Positions 8,241 to 15,718 are shown, numbered from the stretch's first letter. The stretch is 32,000 nt of DNA from Candidatus Saccharimonadota bacterium (GCA_963716945.1 OY970322.1:1050001-1082000), one strand, 5' to 3'. Numbers and translations are program-made. Notes: generated by a model not told the origin, from the letters alone.

Positions 8241-9155
8241 TTACGCCCCGCCTTGGGCCTCAATAAATTCAGCCATCAGCCTCATCCCGACCATCCGGAA
8301 GCTGAACCCCAGATCATTATCCGGCCCAGCCGGACCCGCCATATCAGCTTCGGCCGGCTTATGGAAGGGGTAGACATACCTGTCAATAGCAAAACCGTAG
8401 GCGTCCCAAACCAAGTCGTACATCGATCCATGTTCGTCGCCAAGCGGCACGGCCTGCGGGGCGACACAAGTGCCGGCGTGGCCTTCGTTGACCATGTCGG
8501 CATTGGCAACTTCTTTGGCGACGGCCATCATTGCTTCCAAATCGGTAACTGTGGTTATCCCCAGTTCTTCGTCCAGCCGCATTAGCGACGGGTCAACGTG
8601 GGGCGTGCCGGTCCTGGCGACGACATGGTCGCCGGGATTCAAATAAGCCCTCACGTAAGCCAGCGCGTTAGAGCCGTCAAACGATAAGGCCCGGCCGAAA
8701 TTCCTGGCCTGGGAGGCGATCTTGGACCAGTCTTTCGGGTCGGTTACGCCTTCCCGGCTGGCAACCGGCGGCACGACGCCGAAGATTTCCGACATCGCCA
8801 TGATGCCGGTGCCATAACTGGGTTTGGCGGCTTCGCGTATAGCGTCACGTACTGCCACGCGTTCGTTATTGGGCAGCTGACGTTTTTCAAAAGTAGCCCC
8901 GAAGTCCAGACCGCCGTGAACTTCCCCGGACCAAGCGCTTAGCTGATCGGCCATCCACATGCCGAGGCCGAAATAGCCGTCCCCTTTTGCGACGGCTATA
9001 TGGTCCATGTGCCTGGTGGCGGCTTCCGGAATCAGAGACGGGTCCTGCAGCCAGGCGATCCGGCCGCCGAACCGGGCCATCTCTTCGCGCCTCAAGTCAC
9101 GCCTGGCTACGGCCGCTTCACCGGTAAGGTGGTCCATCGTTAACATAATCGTCAT
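8241..9155 (-). CDS. hypothetical protein (about 300 aa), no family recognised
   Basis: Clean ORF with host-like composition. A TTGACA-17-TACAAT promoter abuts the first ATG, so the true start may be the ATG at 9146. Confidence 0.7.
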   Translation of the reverse strand: MTIMLTMDHLTGEAAVARRDLRREEMARFGGRIAWLQDPSLIPEAATRHMDHIAVAKGDGYFGLGMWMADQLSAWSGEVHGGLDFGATFEKRQLPNNERVAVRDAIREAAKPSYGTGIMAMSEIFGVVPPVASREGVTDPKDWSKIASQARNFGRALSFDGSNALAYVRAYLNPGDHVVARTGTPHVDPSLMRLDEELGITTVTDLEAMMAVAKEVANADMVNEGHAGTCVAPQAVPLGDEHGSMYDLVWDAYGFAIDRYVYPFHKPAEADMAGPAGPDNDLGFSFRMVGMRLMAEFIEAQGGA

Positions 9156-9226
9156 ATTGTATAATATAGAATGCTTGGTGTCAATACTCTGTTATTTTTG
9201 TAAACTTTGTGATATAAATCAATTCT

Positions 9227-9958
9227 ATGTCAGAGCCGGAGTTGGAACGGTGTGTTGTCATGGCCGATGCCCATGGCAGCTACGAACCGGTGGCCAGGGC
9301 GCTGGACGCGCACAACCTCGACGAGGTAACGCCGGTTTTTGCCGGCGACTTCATTAACGGCGGCTACGAGAGTGCGCGGGTTCTCCAGCTAATCCAAGAT
9401 AGCGGGGCCATAGCCGTGGCCGGCAACCATGAATATGGTTTGCTCAAAGTGTTAACCGACCCTGAGAGCTGCGACGCCAGCGACTGGCGGGTCGGCACCC
9501 ACCGTACCCTGATGACCAGCTACGGCCTTAGGCCGACTCGCGATCCGCTGCGCGCCAGGGACGAGCTGCTCGAGGCCATGGGCGAACGGGGCCACCTGGC
9601 CGTCATCTACGGCTTGCGGCCATATTTGGAAACCGCCACGGCCGTTATCGTCCATGCCGGACTGGAGCCGACTTCGACCTGGGAAGAACAAAGGGCGGCG
9701 CTTGATGCCGCTTGGACCCCCGAGCGGCGGCTCGCGGAAAAACCGCCCCAGATCTTCGACCCGGACTTCAAACTGGCCAGCATGACCGAGTTGCCGGCCG
9801 GCGTCACCGACAAAGACGTTGTCAGCGGCCATTGGCATTTGCCATATAGCGCCCGCCGGGTCTATCCGCGCCGGATTCAGCTTGGCAGCGCCCCACCCTT
9901 CGAGCCGGTTTTCGCGCTCGAACTGCCGCTTCGGACTATCACCCCCTACGAGCGATAG
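9227..9958 (+). CDS. calcineurin-like metallophosphoesterase (PrpE/ApaH-like Ser/Thr phosphatase family)
   Basis: Motifs seen: VVMADAHG, FAGDFINGG, VAGNHEY, plus later His residues (VHAG, GHWH). Confidence 0.85.
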   Translation: MSEPELERCVVMADAHGSYEPVARALDAHNLDEVTPVFAGDFINGGYESARVLQLIQDSGAIAVAGNHEYGLLKVLTDPESCDASDWRVGTHRTLMTSYGLRPTRDPLRARDELLEAMGERGHLAVIYGLRPYLETATAVIVHAGLEPTSTWEEQRAALDAAWTPERRLAEKPPQIFDPDFKLASMTELPAGVTDKDVVSGHWHLPYSARRVYPRRIQLGSAPPFEPVFALELPLRTITPYER

Positions 9959-10009
9959 CCTAACCCTCGATAACTTTCATCACGCAAATTATCAAGGCCG
10001 GTATGGCAA

Positions 10010-10040
10010 AAGGCCGGCGCGAAATATGCGGTCCGGCCTT
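10010..10040 (-). terminator. possible dapA terminator hairpin overlapping its stop codon
   Basis: aaggccgg (10010-10017) pairs with ccggcctt (10033-10040), an 8-bp stem with a 15-nt loop. On the minus strand it is followed by TTGCC, so the U-tract is only short. Confidence 0.35.
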
Positions 10041-11028
10041 AAGCCGTCGCGGCATCACGGTCCATGGCGGCGGCCAGGTTTGCCAGGATCTCGGGCGCCC
10101 TGGCGCGCAGGTAGCGCATTTCAGCCGGCGAAGCTAGCATCGGCGGCAGGCAGTCGCCGACAACTTGTGAGCCCAGCAGGTGTGACATCATGACCTTGGC
10201 AGGGATGGGGTTCGGCGTATCGTGTTCCACGCCGGCTTCATCCGTATGCGTAGATTCAAATCGGGCCGAAGGCTCAAGCGCCGCCTGGATTTCCTCGGCC
10301 CTGGCCTCGTCGCCCGCGAAATGGGCTCCCAGCATTTGGCCGATCTCCCGCCCGGCCCAATGGCTGGCCACCGAAACCGCGCCGACCGCCCCGGCCCGGG
10401 CGAAGTCCAGGTTTAAGCCGTCATCACCGCTGAAGATAGCCAGATCGCCGCCGAACCGGTCATGAAGCGCGGCGGCCATATCAATATTGCCGGTAGCGTC
10501 CTTGACGGCCGCGACCACGCCATCCTCGACCAGCTGGCTGACAGTGTCCAGCTCGACCAGCCGGCCGGTGCGGCCCGGAATGTTGTAGAGCATGACCGGT
10601 CTCTCGGTAGCCGCTCCAACCTCGCGGTAGTAGTGGTCAATACCGAACTGCGACGGCCGGTTGTAATAGGGCGAAACGACCAGGAAGCCGTCGACCGACC
10701 CCCGTTCGTCCGCGGCCCTCGTAAGGGCCACGGCCTCTTCGGTACTGTTGGAACCGGTGCCCGCTATCAGCAGTACCTCTTCACCGACCGCCTCGCGCAC
10801 AACGTCAAACAAATCCAGCTGTTCGTCAGCCAACAGCGTCGGACTCTCGCCGGTCGTGCCGGCCAGCACCAGGCCGTCCGAGCCGTGGCCGACCAGCCAG
10901 GCGGCCAGCTCCTGCGCGCCGTCGCGGTTTAGTCTTCCATCGCCGCCGAACGGTGTTACCATTGCCGTTATGACTCTCTCCTGATCGGCGCCTGGTAACG
11001 GGCCGAAACCTGTTCTTAACTCTGACAT
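10039..11028 (-). CDS. dapA: 4-hydroxy-tetrahydrodipicolinate synthase (DapA family)
   Basis: Motifs seen: TAMVTPF, AGTTGES, SPYYNRP, YNIPGRTG, active-site Lys context AVKDATG. GAAGGAG ribosome-binding site. It is somewhat longer than typical DapA (329 aa). Confidence 0.88.
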   Translation of the reverse strand: MSELRTGFGPLPGADQERVITAMVTPFGGDGRLNRDGAQELAAWLVGHGSDGLVLAGTTGESPTLLADEQLDLFDVVREAVGEEVLLIAGTGSNSTEEAVALTRAADERGSVDGFLVVSPYYNRPSQFGIDHYYREVGAATERPVMLYNIPGRTGRLVELDTVSQLVEDGVVAAVKDATGNIDMAAALHDRFGGDLAIFSGDDGLNLDFARAGAVGAVSVASHWAGREIGQMLGAHFAGDEARAEEIQAALEPSARFESTHTDEAGVEHDTPNPIPAKVMMSHLLGSQVVGDCLPPMLASPAEMRYLRARAPEILANLAAAMDRDAATA

Positions 11029-11054
11029 AATTTTTCTCCTTCTTCGTAAGTATT

Positions 11055-11081
11055 AAAAAGCCCCGTGCCTTAGCGCGGGGC
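11055..11081 (-). terminator. intrinsic terminator in the dapA leader (attenuator)
   Basis: The minus strand reads GCCCCG-CGCTAAGGCA-CGGGGC followed by TTTTT. It ends 26 nt upstream of the dapA ATG, immediately before the ribosome-binding site. Confidence 0.6.
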
Positions 11082-11104
11082 CGAATCATGACGAATCAAG
11101 GGCG

Positions 11105-11164
11105 CTAAGGCAAAAGCTTCGGGCCCTTCTTCTTAGAGTCAAACACAACACCTAAAACGAACAT
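11105..11164 (-). CDS. candidate leader peptide MFVLGVVFDSKKKGPKLLP (AAG AAG AAG run)
   Basis: A 19-codon ORF (ATG 11164-11162, TAG 11107-11105) begins 7 nt after a -10 hexamer. Its last codons and stop lie inside the 11-nt arm (11112-11102), which is complementary to the terminator loop (11076-11066). Confidence 0.4.
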   Translation of the reverse strand: MFVLGVVFDSKKKGPKLLP

Positions 11165-11171
11165 AGCCCCA

Positions 11172-11200
11172 ATCCTATCATGGACACCTCTGATTAGCAA
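11172..11200 (-). promoter_or_regulatory. promoter TTGCTA-17-TAGGAT upstream of the Lys leader ORF
   Basis: Minus-strand hexamers at 11200-11195 and 11177-11172. It lies directly downstream of direct-repeat copy A. Confidence 0.4.
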
Positions 11201-11208
11201 CCCCAGTC

Positions 11209-11238
11209 AACAAAAAAGACCTCCGGTTTAGCCGAAAG
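11209..11238. repeat. 30-bp direct repeat, copy A (partial copy of the tmRNA terminator)
   Basis: aacaaaaaagacctccggtttagccgaaag is identical to 11934-11963. Confidence 0.95.
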
Positions 11239-11342
11239 ACCATTAAAAACCGATTAACACCTTAAGGTGCTACTGCTTGCATCCGTTAGGGGTTTGGTAG
11301 ATTATTGACTCATTAACTCAGTGCCGGATGTGTGAGGTTTGC

Positions 11343-11825
11343 ATGGCTTCTAATGATAGGATTGAAATTCTCAAAATTGCAATTAGGGAAATGCGTAGCA
11401 CGTTTAATCACGTGAGCAATATATATGATCAGTTAAGAATTAAAGCACTGGGTGTTTTAGCAGGTGAAGTAGCTCTTATAAGTTTTATGTTTTCTGGCAA
11501 CGGAGTTTCAATCCCCGGTGAGACATATGGAAAAATATTCTTCTTCACCGGAGTAGTATTCTTGGGAGCAGCCTTTGGCTTACTGCTTTGGACCCTTTCA
11601 CCATTGGCATGGAAAATACCCTATGACCAATTCTCGTCAGAAAATCTTAAGAAATACAAAACGGAAGAAGAGTTTTTAGAGTACTTGAACGACGACCATG
11701 TAGCTGCAACACGACACTGCACAAAATACGTTTCCTTAAGGGCAAAAAGGTTTAGCTGGACTTTATATTTGTTATCAGCCGGTGCTATAATACTAATGGT
11801 CATTAAATTTGGAGGCCAGTCATGA
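11343..11825 (+). CDS. small 3-TM membrane protein, function unknown (islet cargo)
   Basis: The track ORF starts at 11328. The ATG at 11343 is preferred because a GAGG lies 5 nt upstream. The protein has an N-terminal amphipathic helix, two adjacent TM helices, a charged segment of about 50 aa (KKYKTEEEFLEYLNDDH) and a C-terminal TM helix. Codon usage is AT-rich and unlike the neighbouring genes. Confidence 0.65.
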   Translation: MASNDRIEILKIAIREMRSTFNHVSNIYDQLRIKALGVLAGEVALISFMFSGNGVSIPGETYGKIFFFTGVVFLGAAFGLLLWTLSPLAWKIPYDQFSSENLKKYKTEEEFLEYLNDDHVAATRHCTKYVSLRAKRFSWTLYLLSAGAIILMVIKFGGQS

Positions 11826-11860
11826 GAACAACCGATTTTACTCAAGGAGCCTAGCCTTCG

Positions 11861-11880
11861 AGCCCCGAAAGGGGCTTTTT
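11861..11880 (+). terminator. intrinsic terminator of the islet ORF
   Basis: agcccc-gaaa-ggggct followed by a T-run (ttttt att). Confidence 0.6.
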
Positions 11881-11933
11881 ATTAATATAAGGTAAGTACA
11901 CTATATTTGGCATCGTTTTACAGTTTGAAGCCA

Positions 11934-11963
11934 AACAAAAAAGACCTCCGGTTTAGCCGAAAG
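11934..11963. repeat. 30-bp direct repeat, copy B (within the functional tmRNA terminator)
   Basis: Identical to 11209-11238. It starts 8 nt downstream of the tmRNA CCA end. Confidence 0.95.
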
Positions 11964-11968
11964 TCTTT
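11937..11968 (-). terminator. intrinsic terminator of ssrA
   Basis: The minus strand reads AAAGACTTTCGG-CTAAA-CCGGAGGTCTTT followed by TTT. The stem is 12 bp including two G-U pairs. Confidence 0.7.
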
Positions 11969-11970
11969 CA

Positions 11971-12369
11971 TGGAGGAGCTGGCGGGTACTGCCCCCGCGT
12001 CCGCCGGTTTATTTAGTTAGTCGTCTACAGGCTTAGTTCGTTTTAGTGTCTTAGGCAACGGGTATCAAAACGAGCAAACAATCCGTTGCCGCAGCCCAAA
12101 GTCTTAGCGCGCTGCCAGGACAGTTCAGCGCGAGCGTCCAGAAAATATGGCGTGCCTTCGCACTATCTGGCGTCGTGTTCGGCACGGTCCGAGGTTTTAG
12201 ACTCGAACTGTTGCGAAGTTCAGCTGTAGCTTAGGAACCGTGAAGTAGCTAGCTAGAGTCTTGAATCCGCGAGCAATTGGGTTTGCAATTACTGGTTTTG
12301 CCTATACGCTGACAAGCGGCCTGCTGATCTAACCGATAAAGTCCAACGTCGAGCTTAAAATTCAGCCCC
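11971..12369 (-). ncRNA. ssrA: tmRNA (transfer-messenger RNA)
   Basis: The 5' end GGGGCTGAATTTTAAGCTCGACG pairs with the 3' end CAGCTCC-T-CCA, giving a 7-bp acceptor stem with the G3:U AlaRS identity pair. The 3' part GGACGCGGG-GGCAGTA-CCCGCCAGCTCCTCCA is nearly collinear with E. coli ssrA GGACGCGGGTTCAACTCCCGCCAGCTCCACCA. A TAA (12199-12197) sits in the loop of the hairpin GTTCGAG/CTCGGAC. A TATAAT lies about 30 nt upstream of the mature 5' end (12411-12406). Confidence 0.85.
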
Positions 12370-12506
12370 GTATTCGTCACCTCAGTGACTGTCTCAATTA
12401 TAGCATTTTTGCCCTATAAACGCTAGAGCTTGGTGCTTGCGCTTGGCTATATTCTTATGACACATAGTAGACTTAATTATTAAATAATGTTAATATTATT
12501 CTCTAC

Positions 12507-13103
12507 ATGTCTGAGCATTCTCCCCTCATAGTCGGCCGTTTCATGGACGCCGAACAGCAACAAGACCTCGCCCAAAAGGTCGTCAATGCCACCGGTGTCA
12601 GCCTGGAAGAGTTGCCGCTGGGGCTGTTGGCCGCCGGCCAAGCCTATATGCCTTTGATTGACGAAGAACGCTATAGGGATGCGCTGGACCAGCCTGGTGG
12701 CGAGCTCAAGCATCTGTCGGATGACGAGAGCCAGGGCATTCTGGCCGAACAAATTCGCCAGCATCCTACCGCCTCCAAGACTCTGACCGTCGAGGTGGAT
12801 AAAACGGCCAAGCGGAGCCGGTCAAGACTGACTGTTATTTCTTACCGCTTTACGCTGCCTGAAGCCGAGAGGGAATACCAGGGGTTCGGCCGCACGATAG
12901 ACGAGCTGAACGGCACGACAACCGAGTGGAAGCCGCTTTATCCAAAACTTATCTTGGCCGTTATGCCGATGGGCGACAGACGGACCAAAATGCTGGCCGG
13001 GGCTTTCAAAGCCGCCCGGCCGGCCGATGTCATATTGACGGGCGCAAGAGTAATAAAGGCTAGCGAACTAAACCAGCCGGCGGCCGAAACCGTCGAAGCC
13101 TAG
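12507..13103 (+). CDS. hypothetical protein (198 aa), no family recognised
   Basis: ORF with host-like composition. A TATTAT hexamer lies 7 nt upstream of the ATG. The 3' end overlaps the convergent MarR gene by 4 nt. Confidence 0.7.
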   Translation: MSEHSPLIVGRFMDAEQQQDLAQKVVNATGVSLEELPLGLLAAGQAYMPLIDEERYRDALDQPGGELKHLSDDESQGILAEQIRQHPTASKTLTVEVDKTAKRSRSRLTVISYRFTLPEAEREYQGFGRTIDELNGTTTEWKPLYPKLILAVMPMGDRRTKMLAGAFKAARPADVILTGARVIKASELNQPAAETVEA

Positions 13104-13564
13104 AGTCCAAGCTGATGGTCGCAGGCCCCGGTGCGCCCGGGACGGCAAACCACCCGGTGCAGTTGTTGCAAACCGGCAGTTAGGCGGCTGAGCTGGTCGT
13201 CACCGAGACTGGCGAGGTCGGGCCCGAAACTGCGGCGCAAGATCGCCGAAGCGGCTTCGGTGATCTGCATGCCGAGGGGCGTCGGCGTGGTTATGTGCTT
13301 ACGGCGGTTGGCGGGGTCCTGCTTGGTAGCCAGGAGGTTTTTGGCTTTGAGGAGTTTAATCTGGCGGCTGACGGCGGCTTCGCTTTGGCCGAGGCTGTCG
13401 GCGATAGCCCGCTGGCCGGTGCGCGGATTCCATTCCAATACCATCAGGATCTTGAACTGGCTGAGGCCGATGCCCAGCTGTTCTTGCAAAACCTGTTCGG
13501 TCTGGCGGCCCATGACGGCGGCCAGGTGTTGGATAAGGTAATTCAGGTCATTAGTCGGGCCCAT
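13100..13564 (-). CDS. MarR-family transcriptional regulator
   Basis: Winged-helix region LSQFKILMVLEWNPRTGQRAIADSLGQSEAAVSRQIKLLKAKNLLATKQDPANRRK. Confidence 0.85.
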   Translation of the reverse strand: MGPTNDLNYLIQHLAAVMGRQTEQVLQEQLGIGLSQFKILMVLEWNPRTGQRAIADSLGQSEAAVSRQIKLLKAKNLLATKQDPANRRKHITTPTPLGMQITEAASAILRRSFGPDLASLGDDQLSRLTAGLQQLHRVVCRPGRTGACDHQLGL

Positions 13565-13571
13565 AAACTAC

Positions 13572-13600
13572 AGTTTAGTCCCCGATACTTAACACATCAA
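13572..13600 (-). promoter_or_regulatory. promoter TTGATG-17-TAAACT, 7 nt upstream of the MarR ATG
   Basis: Minus-strand hexamers at 13600-13595 and 13577-13572. The -35 overlaps the rsmA stop region. Confidence 0.4.
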
Positions 13601-14382
13601 GTATGAAGCGAGCGGTAGAGCGAATGCCACTCGTCCAGGCTCAGGGTCTGGGCCCGGCGCTTGGAGTCGATAGAAGCCCGGGCGCAGACCGCTTCGGCTT
13701 CGTCGCGGCTATATTGCAGGCCGGCGCCGAGGTTATTGAGCAATGTCTTGCGGGGCTGGGCGAAGCCGGCCTTGACGATCCGGAAAAAGTCTTTGGGCTC
13801 GACGTCATCGAATAACAGACCCGGGCGGCGAACCAGAATCAGGATTTGCGAATCGACTTTGGGCGGCGGCGTGAAAAGCCGGGCCGGCACGACCGGGCCC
13901 AAGCCGGCCTGCCAATAGAATTGGGTGGTAACGCTGAGGATTGACATGCTGCCCGGTCCGGCCGCTACCCGTTCGGCGACTTCTTTTTGGACCAGCAGCA
14001 CAGCCGTTGACGGCGGATTAGCGGTCTCGCTGAGCATCCGGATCAGGTGGCTGGTCAGGTAGTAAGGGATGTTGGCGACCAGTTTGTAGCCGGGCGGCAG
14101 GCTGCCGAAATCGAAACGCATGATGTCTTGGCTGACGACTTGCAAATTACCGGCCTTGACCCGGCCCGGCAGTTCGCGGGCCAGCTTTTCGTCGAATTCC
14201 ACGGCGATTACCTGATCCGCTCTAGCGGCTAGCAGTTCTGTCAGTGTGCCCAGTCCCGGGCCGATTTCCAGCACCGTATCGCCGGCTTGAACTTCGGCCG
14301 CGTCGCACATGGCCGCCAGGCTGGCCCCATCATAAAGCCAGTGCTGCCCCAGGGATTTCTTGGCAAACGGCTGGCCGGCCAT
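13597..14382 (-). CDS. rsmA: 16S rRNA (adenine1518/1519-N6)-dimethyltransferase
   Basis: Motifs seen: KKSLGQHWL, the SAM motif LEIGPGLGTLT, ANIPYYLTS. Confidence 0.92.
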   Translation of the reverse strand: MAGQPFAKKSLGQHWLYDGASLAAMCDAAEVQAGDTVLEIGPGLGTLTELLAARADQVIAVEFDEKLARELPGRVKAGNLQVVSQDIMRFDFGSLPPGYKLVANIPYYLTSHLIRMLSETANPPSTAVLLVQKEVAERVAAGPGSMSILSVTTQFYWQAGLGPVVPARLFTPPPKVDSQILILVRRPGLLFDDVEPKDFFRIVKAGFAQPRKTLLNNLGAGLQYSRDEAEAVCARASIDSKRRAQTLSLDEWHSLYRSLHT

Positions 14383-14390
14383 AAATCAGC

Positions 14391-15623
14391 CTACTGGCTC
14401 GGCGGGAAGGCCGAGATCCCCGTCTTGTAATAGCAGCCCGGATTCTGGCTGGCCAGGCCGCCGCTGGACCGGTTAGTATTCTCCACGATGGCCTGGTCCT
14501 GAACGGCCGGGGGCGCGCTACTGGGCAGGCCGGTGTTGCCCAGACGCTCCCAAGTCCCAAGCGAGAACTGGTAGGCGCCATAGTAGCCGTTGCCGGTATT
14601 ATCGGCGTAATTACCGCCCGATTCGCAGTCACGCAGTTTCTCAAGCCAGGTCGATAAATTGCTGCTGGCCGGTACCGGCGCCGTACCCTTGGCGATGATT
14701 TCGGTGACCGGCGGCTGGAGCTGGACCGATTGGAGCTGGGTTTGGGCGCCGGTCTTCTCGTCTACCTGGTACGTAATGAGCAGTACGCCGGGCGCGCCCT
14801 GCTGGCGGATAGCCGTCGTACCGACGGTCAGCGTGGCGTCATTAATCGTCTGGACCGGGGCCGGTATCTGCTGGGTAGCGGTGGTTATCTTGGTTCCTTT
14901 GTGCAAAATGAAAATCTGCTGATTGGCGGTTATCGGTGTAGTGGCCGCCGGCTGGACGGTGTCGCCGTTGCGCAGCACGATATGTTTCTCCTTAAGCATC
15001 TCGCCGACCGTATCGGAGTGGCTGCGGGTAACCGTCGGCGTGCCGTAGAGGATCAGGCTGATCGGCACCGAGCGCTTGATCGTGACCGTTTCGCCGATAG
15101 CCTGCTGGCCGATGAAGTTAACCGTCGGCGCCGTCGTTAATTGGTCCTCGGCATAGATATTCAGGCCGGCCTGTCTGGCAATGGCCCGGGGCGTCGTGGC
15201 CGCGCTGAACGTGAAAGTCTTCTGCGTGCCGTCGACGATCTCGACCGGCACCGCCCGGTAGATGTTAATCCGGAATTTATCCTGGTTGATGTGCGTCGCC
15301 AGGCTCGGTTCGACGACATCGCCCTGGCCCAGCGTCAGATGAAGCTTGGCCAGCAGCGTACCGACCGTCGGCTCCCGGCTAGGCACCGTCTGTTCGACGC
15401 CGTCGTGCGAAATAATAACCACGTAAACATCGCTGGCCGGTTGGACCGTCCACTTGAAGACGAAGAAGCCGGCCGCGGTCAGCACCAGCAGCACGCCAAA
15501 CGTGATAAACGGCACGGCGAAAGGATGGCGGCTCATCAGTTTGAATTTGCGGATCCGCCGCGGCAACCGCACCCGGCGGTAACGGTCGAACCTCAGATGT
15601 AGTTTCTCAAGTTTTTTGCGCAT
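14391..15623 (-). CDS. RpfB/YabE-like cell-wall protein: N-terminal TM, DUF348 repeats, G5 domain, C-terminal Rpf-type transglycosylase-like domain
   Basis: TM helix FAVPFITFGVLLVLTAAGFFVF. Repeated segments of about 50 aa resemble DUF348. The C-terminus is CESGGNYADNTGNGYYGAYQFSLGTWERLG. It lies 8 nt upstream of rsmA, as in the rpfB-ksgA arrangement of Actinobacteria and Firmicutes. Confidence 0.85.
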   Translation of the reverse strand: MRKKLEKLHLRFDRYRRVRLPRRIRKFKLMSRHPFAVPFITFGVLLVLTAAGFFVFKWTVQPASDVYVVIISHDGVEQTVPSREPTVGTLLAKLHLTLGQGDVVEPSLATHINQDKFRINIYRAVPVEIVDGTQKTFTFSAATTPRAIARQAGLNIYAEDQLTTAPTVNFIGQQAIGETVTIKRSVPISLILYGTPTVTRSHSDTVGEMLKEKHIVLRNGDTVQPAATTPITANQQIFILHKGTKITTATQQIPAPVQTINDATLTVGTTAIRQQGAPGVLLITYQVDEKTGAQTQLQSVQLQPPVTEIIAKGTAPVPASSNLSTWLEKLRDCESGGNYADNTGNGYYGAYQFSLGTWERLGNTGLPSSAPPAVQDQAIVENTNRSSGGLASQNPGCYYKTGISAFPPSQ

Positions 15624-15718
15624 AAATAGACCGGTTCAGACGATTCTCAGACAAACGGCGTAAAGCCCGAAACCGATTGCCTTATTGTAGCAAAAGCGCT
15701 TAACCGCCACTAGCGGGG

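Larger units (their letters stand above)
11239..11933. mobile_element. AT-rich 695-bp inserted islet bounded by 30-bp direct repeats next to ssrA; no integrase or transposase
   Basis: The segment is visibly much lower in GC than its flanks. It carries its own promoter-like TTGCAT-17-GATTAT, one ORF and its own terminator. It is flanked by perfect 30-bp direct repeats. Confidence 0.45.

Noticed and set aside
11029-11208. A lysine (L-box) riboswitch upstream of dapA
   Set aside because: The transcribed leader is only about 110-135 nt, too short for the five-helix L-box aptamer plus an expression platform. I could not find the conserved L-box core strings. A leader-peptide attenuator fits better. 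An Infernal scan should still be run.
11239-11933. The islet as an IS element or MITE
   Set aside because: There are no terminal inverted repeats (the two ends are unrelated in reverse complement) and no transposase. The 30-bp duplication is much longer than typical target-site duplications. An att-like duplication at the tmRNA flank is the better reading.
15624-15718. A ydaO/cyclic-di-AMP riboswitch upstream of the Rpf-like gene, as seen for some actinobacterial rpf genes
   Set aside because: The intergenic space is only 95 nt and lacks the pseudo-two-fold symmetric ydaO structure. Only a TACAAT-like hexamer is visible.
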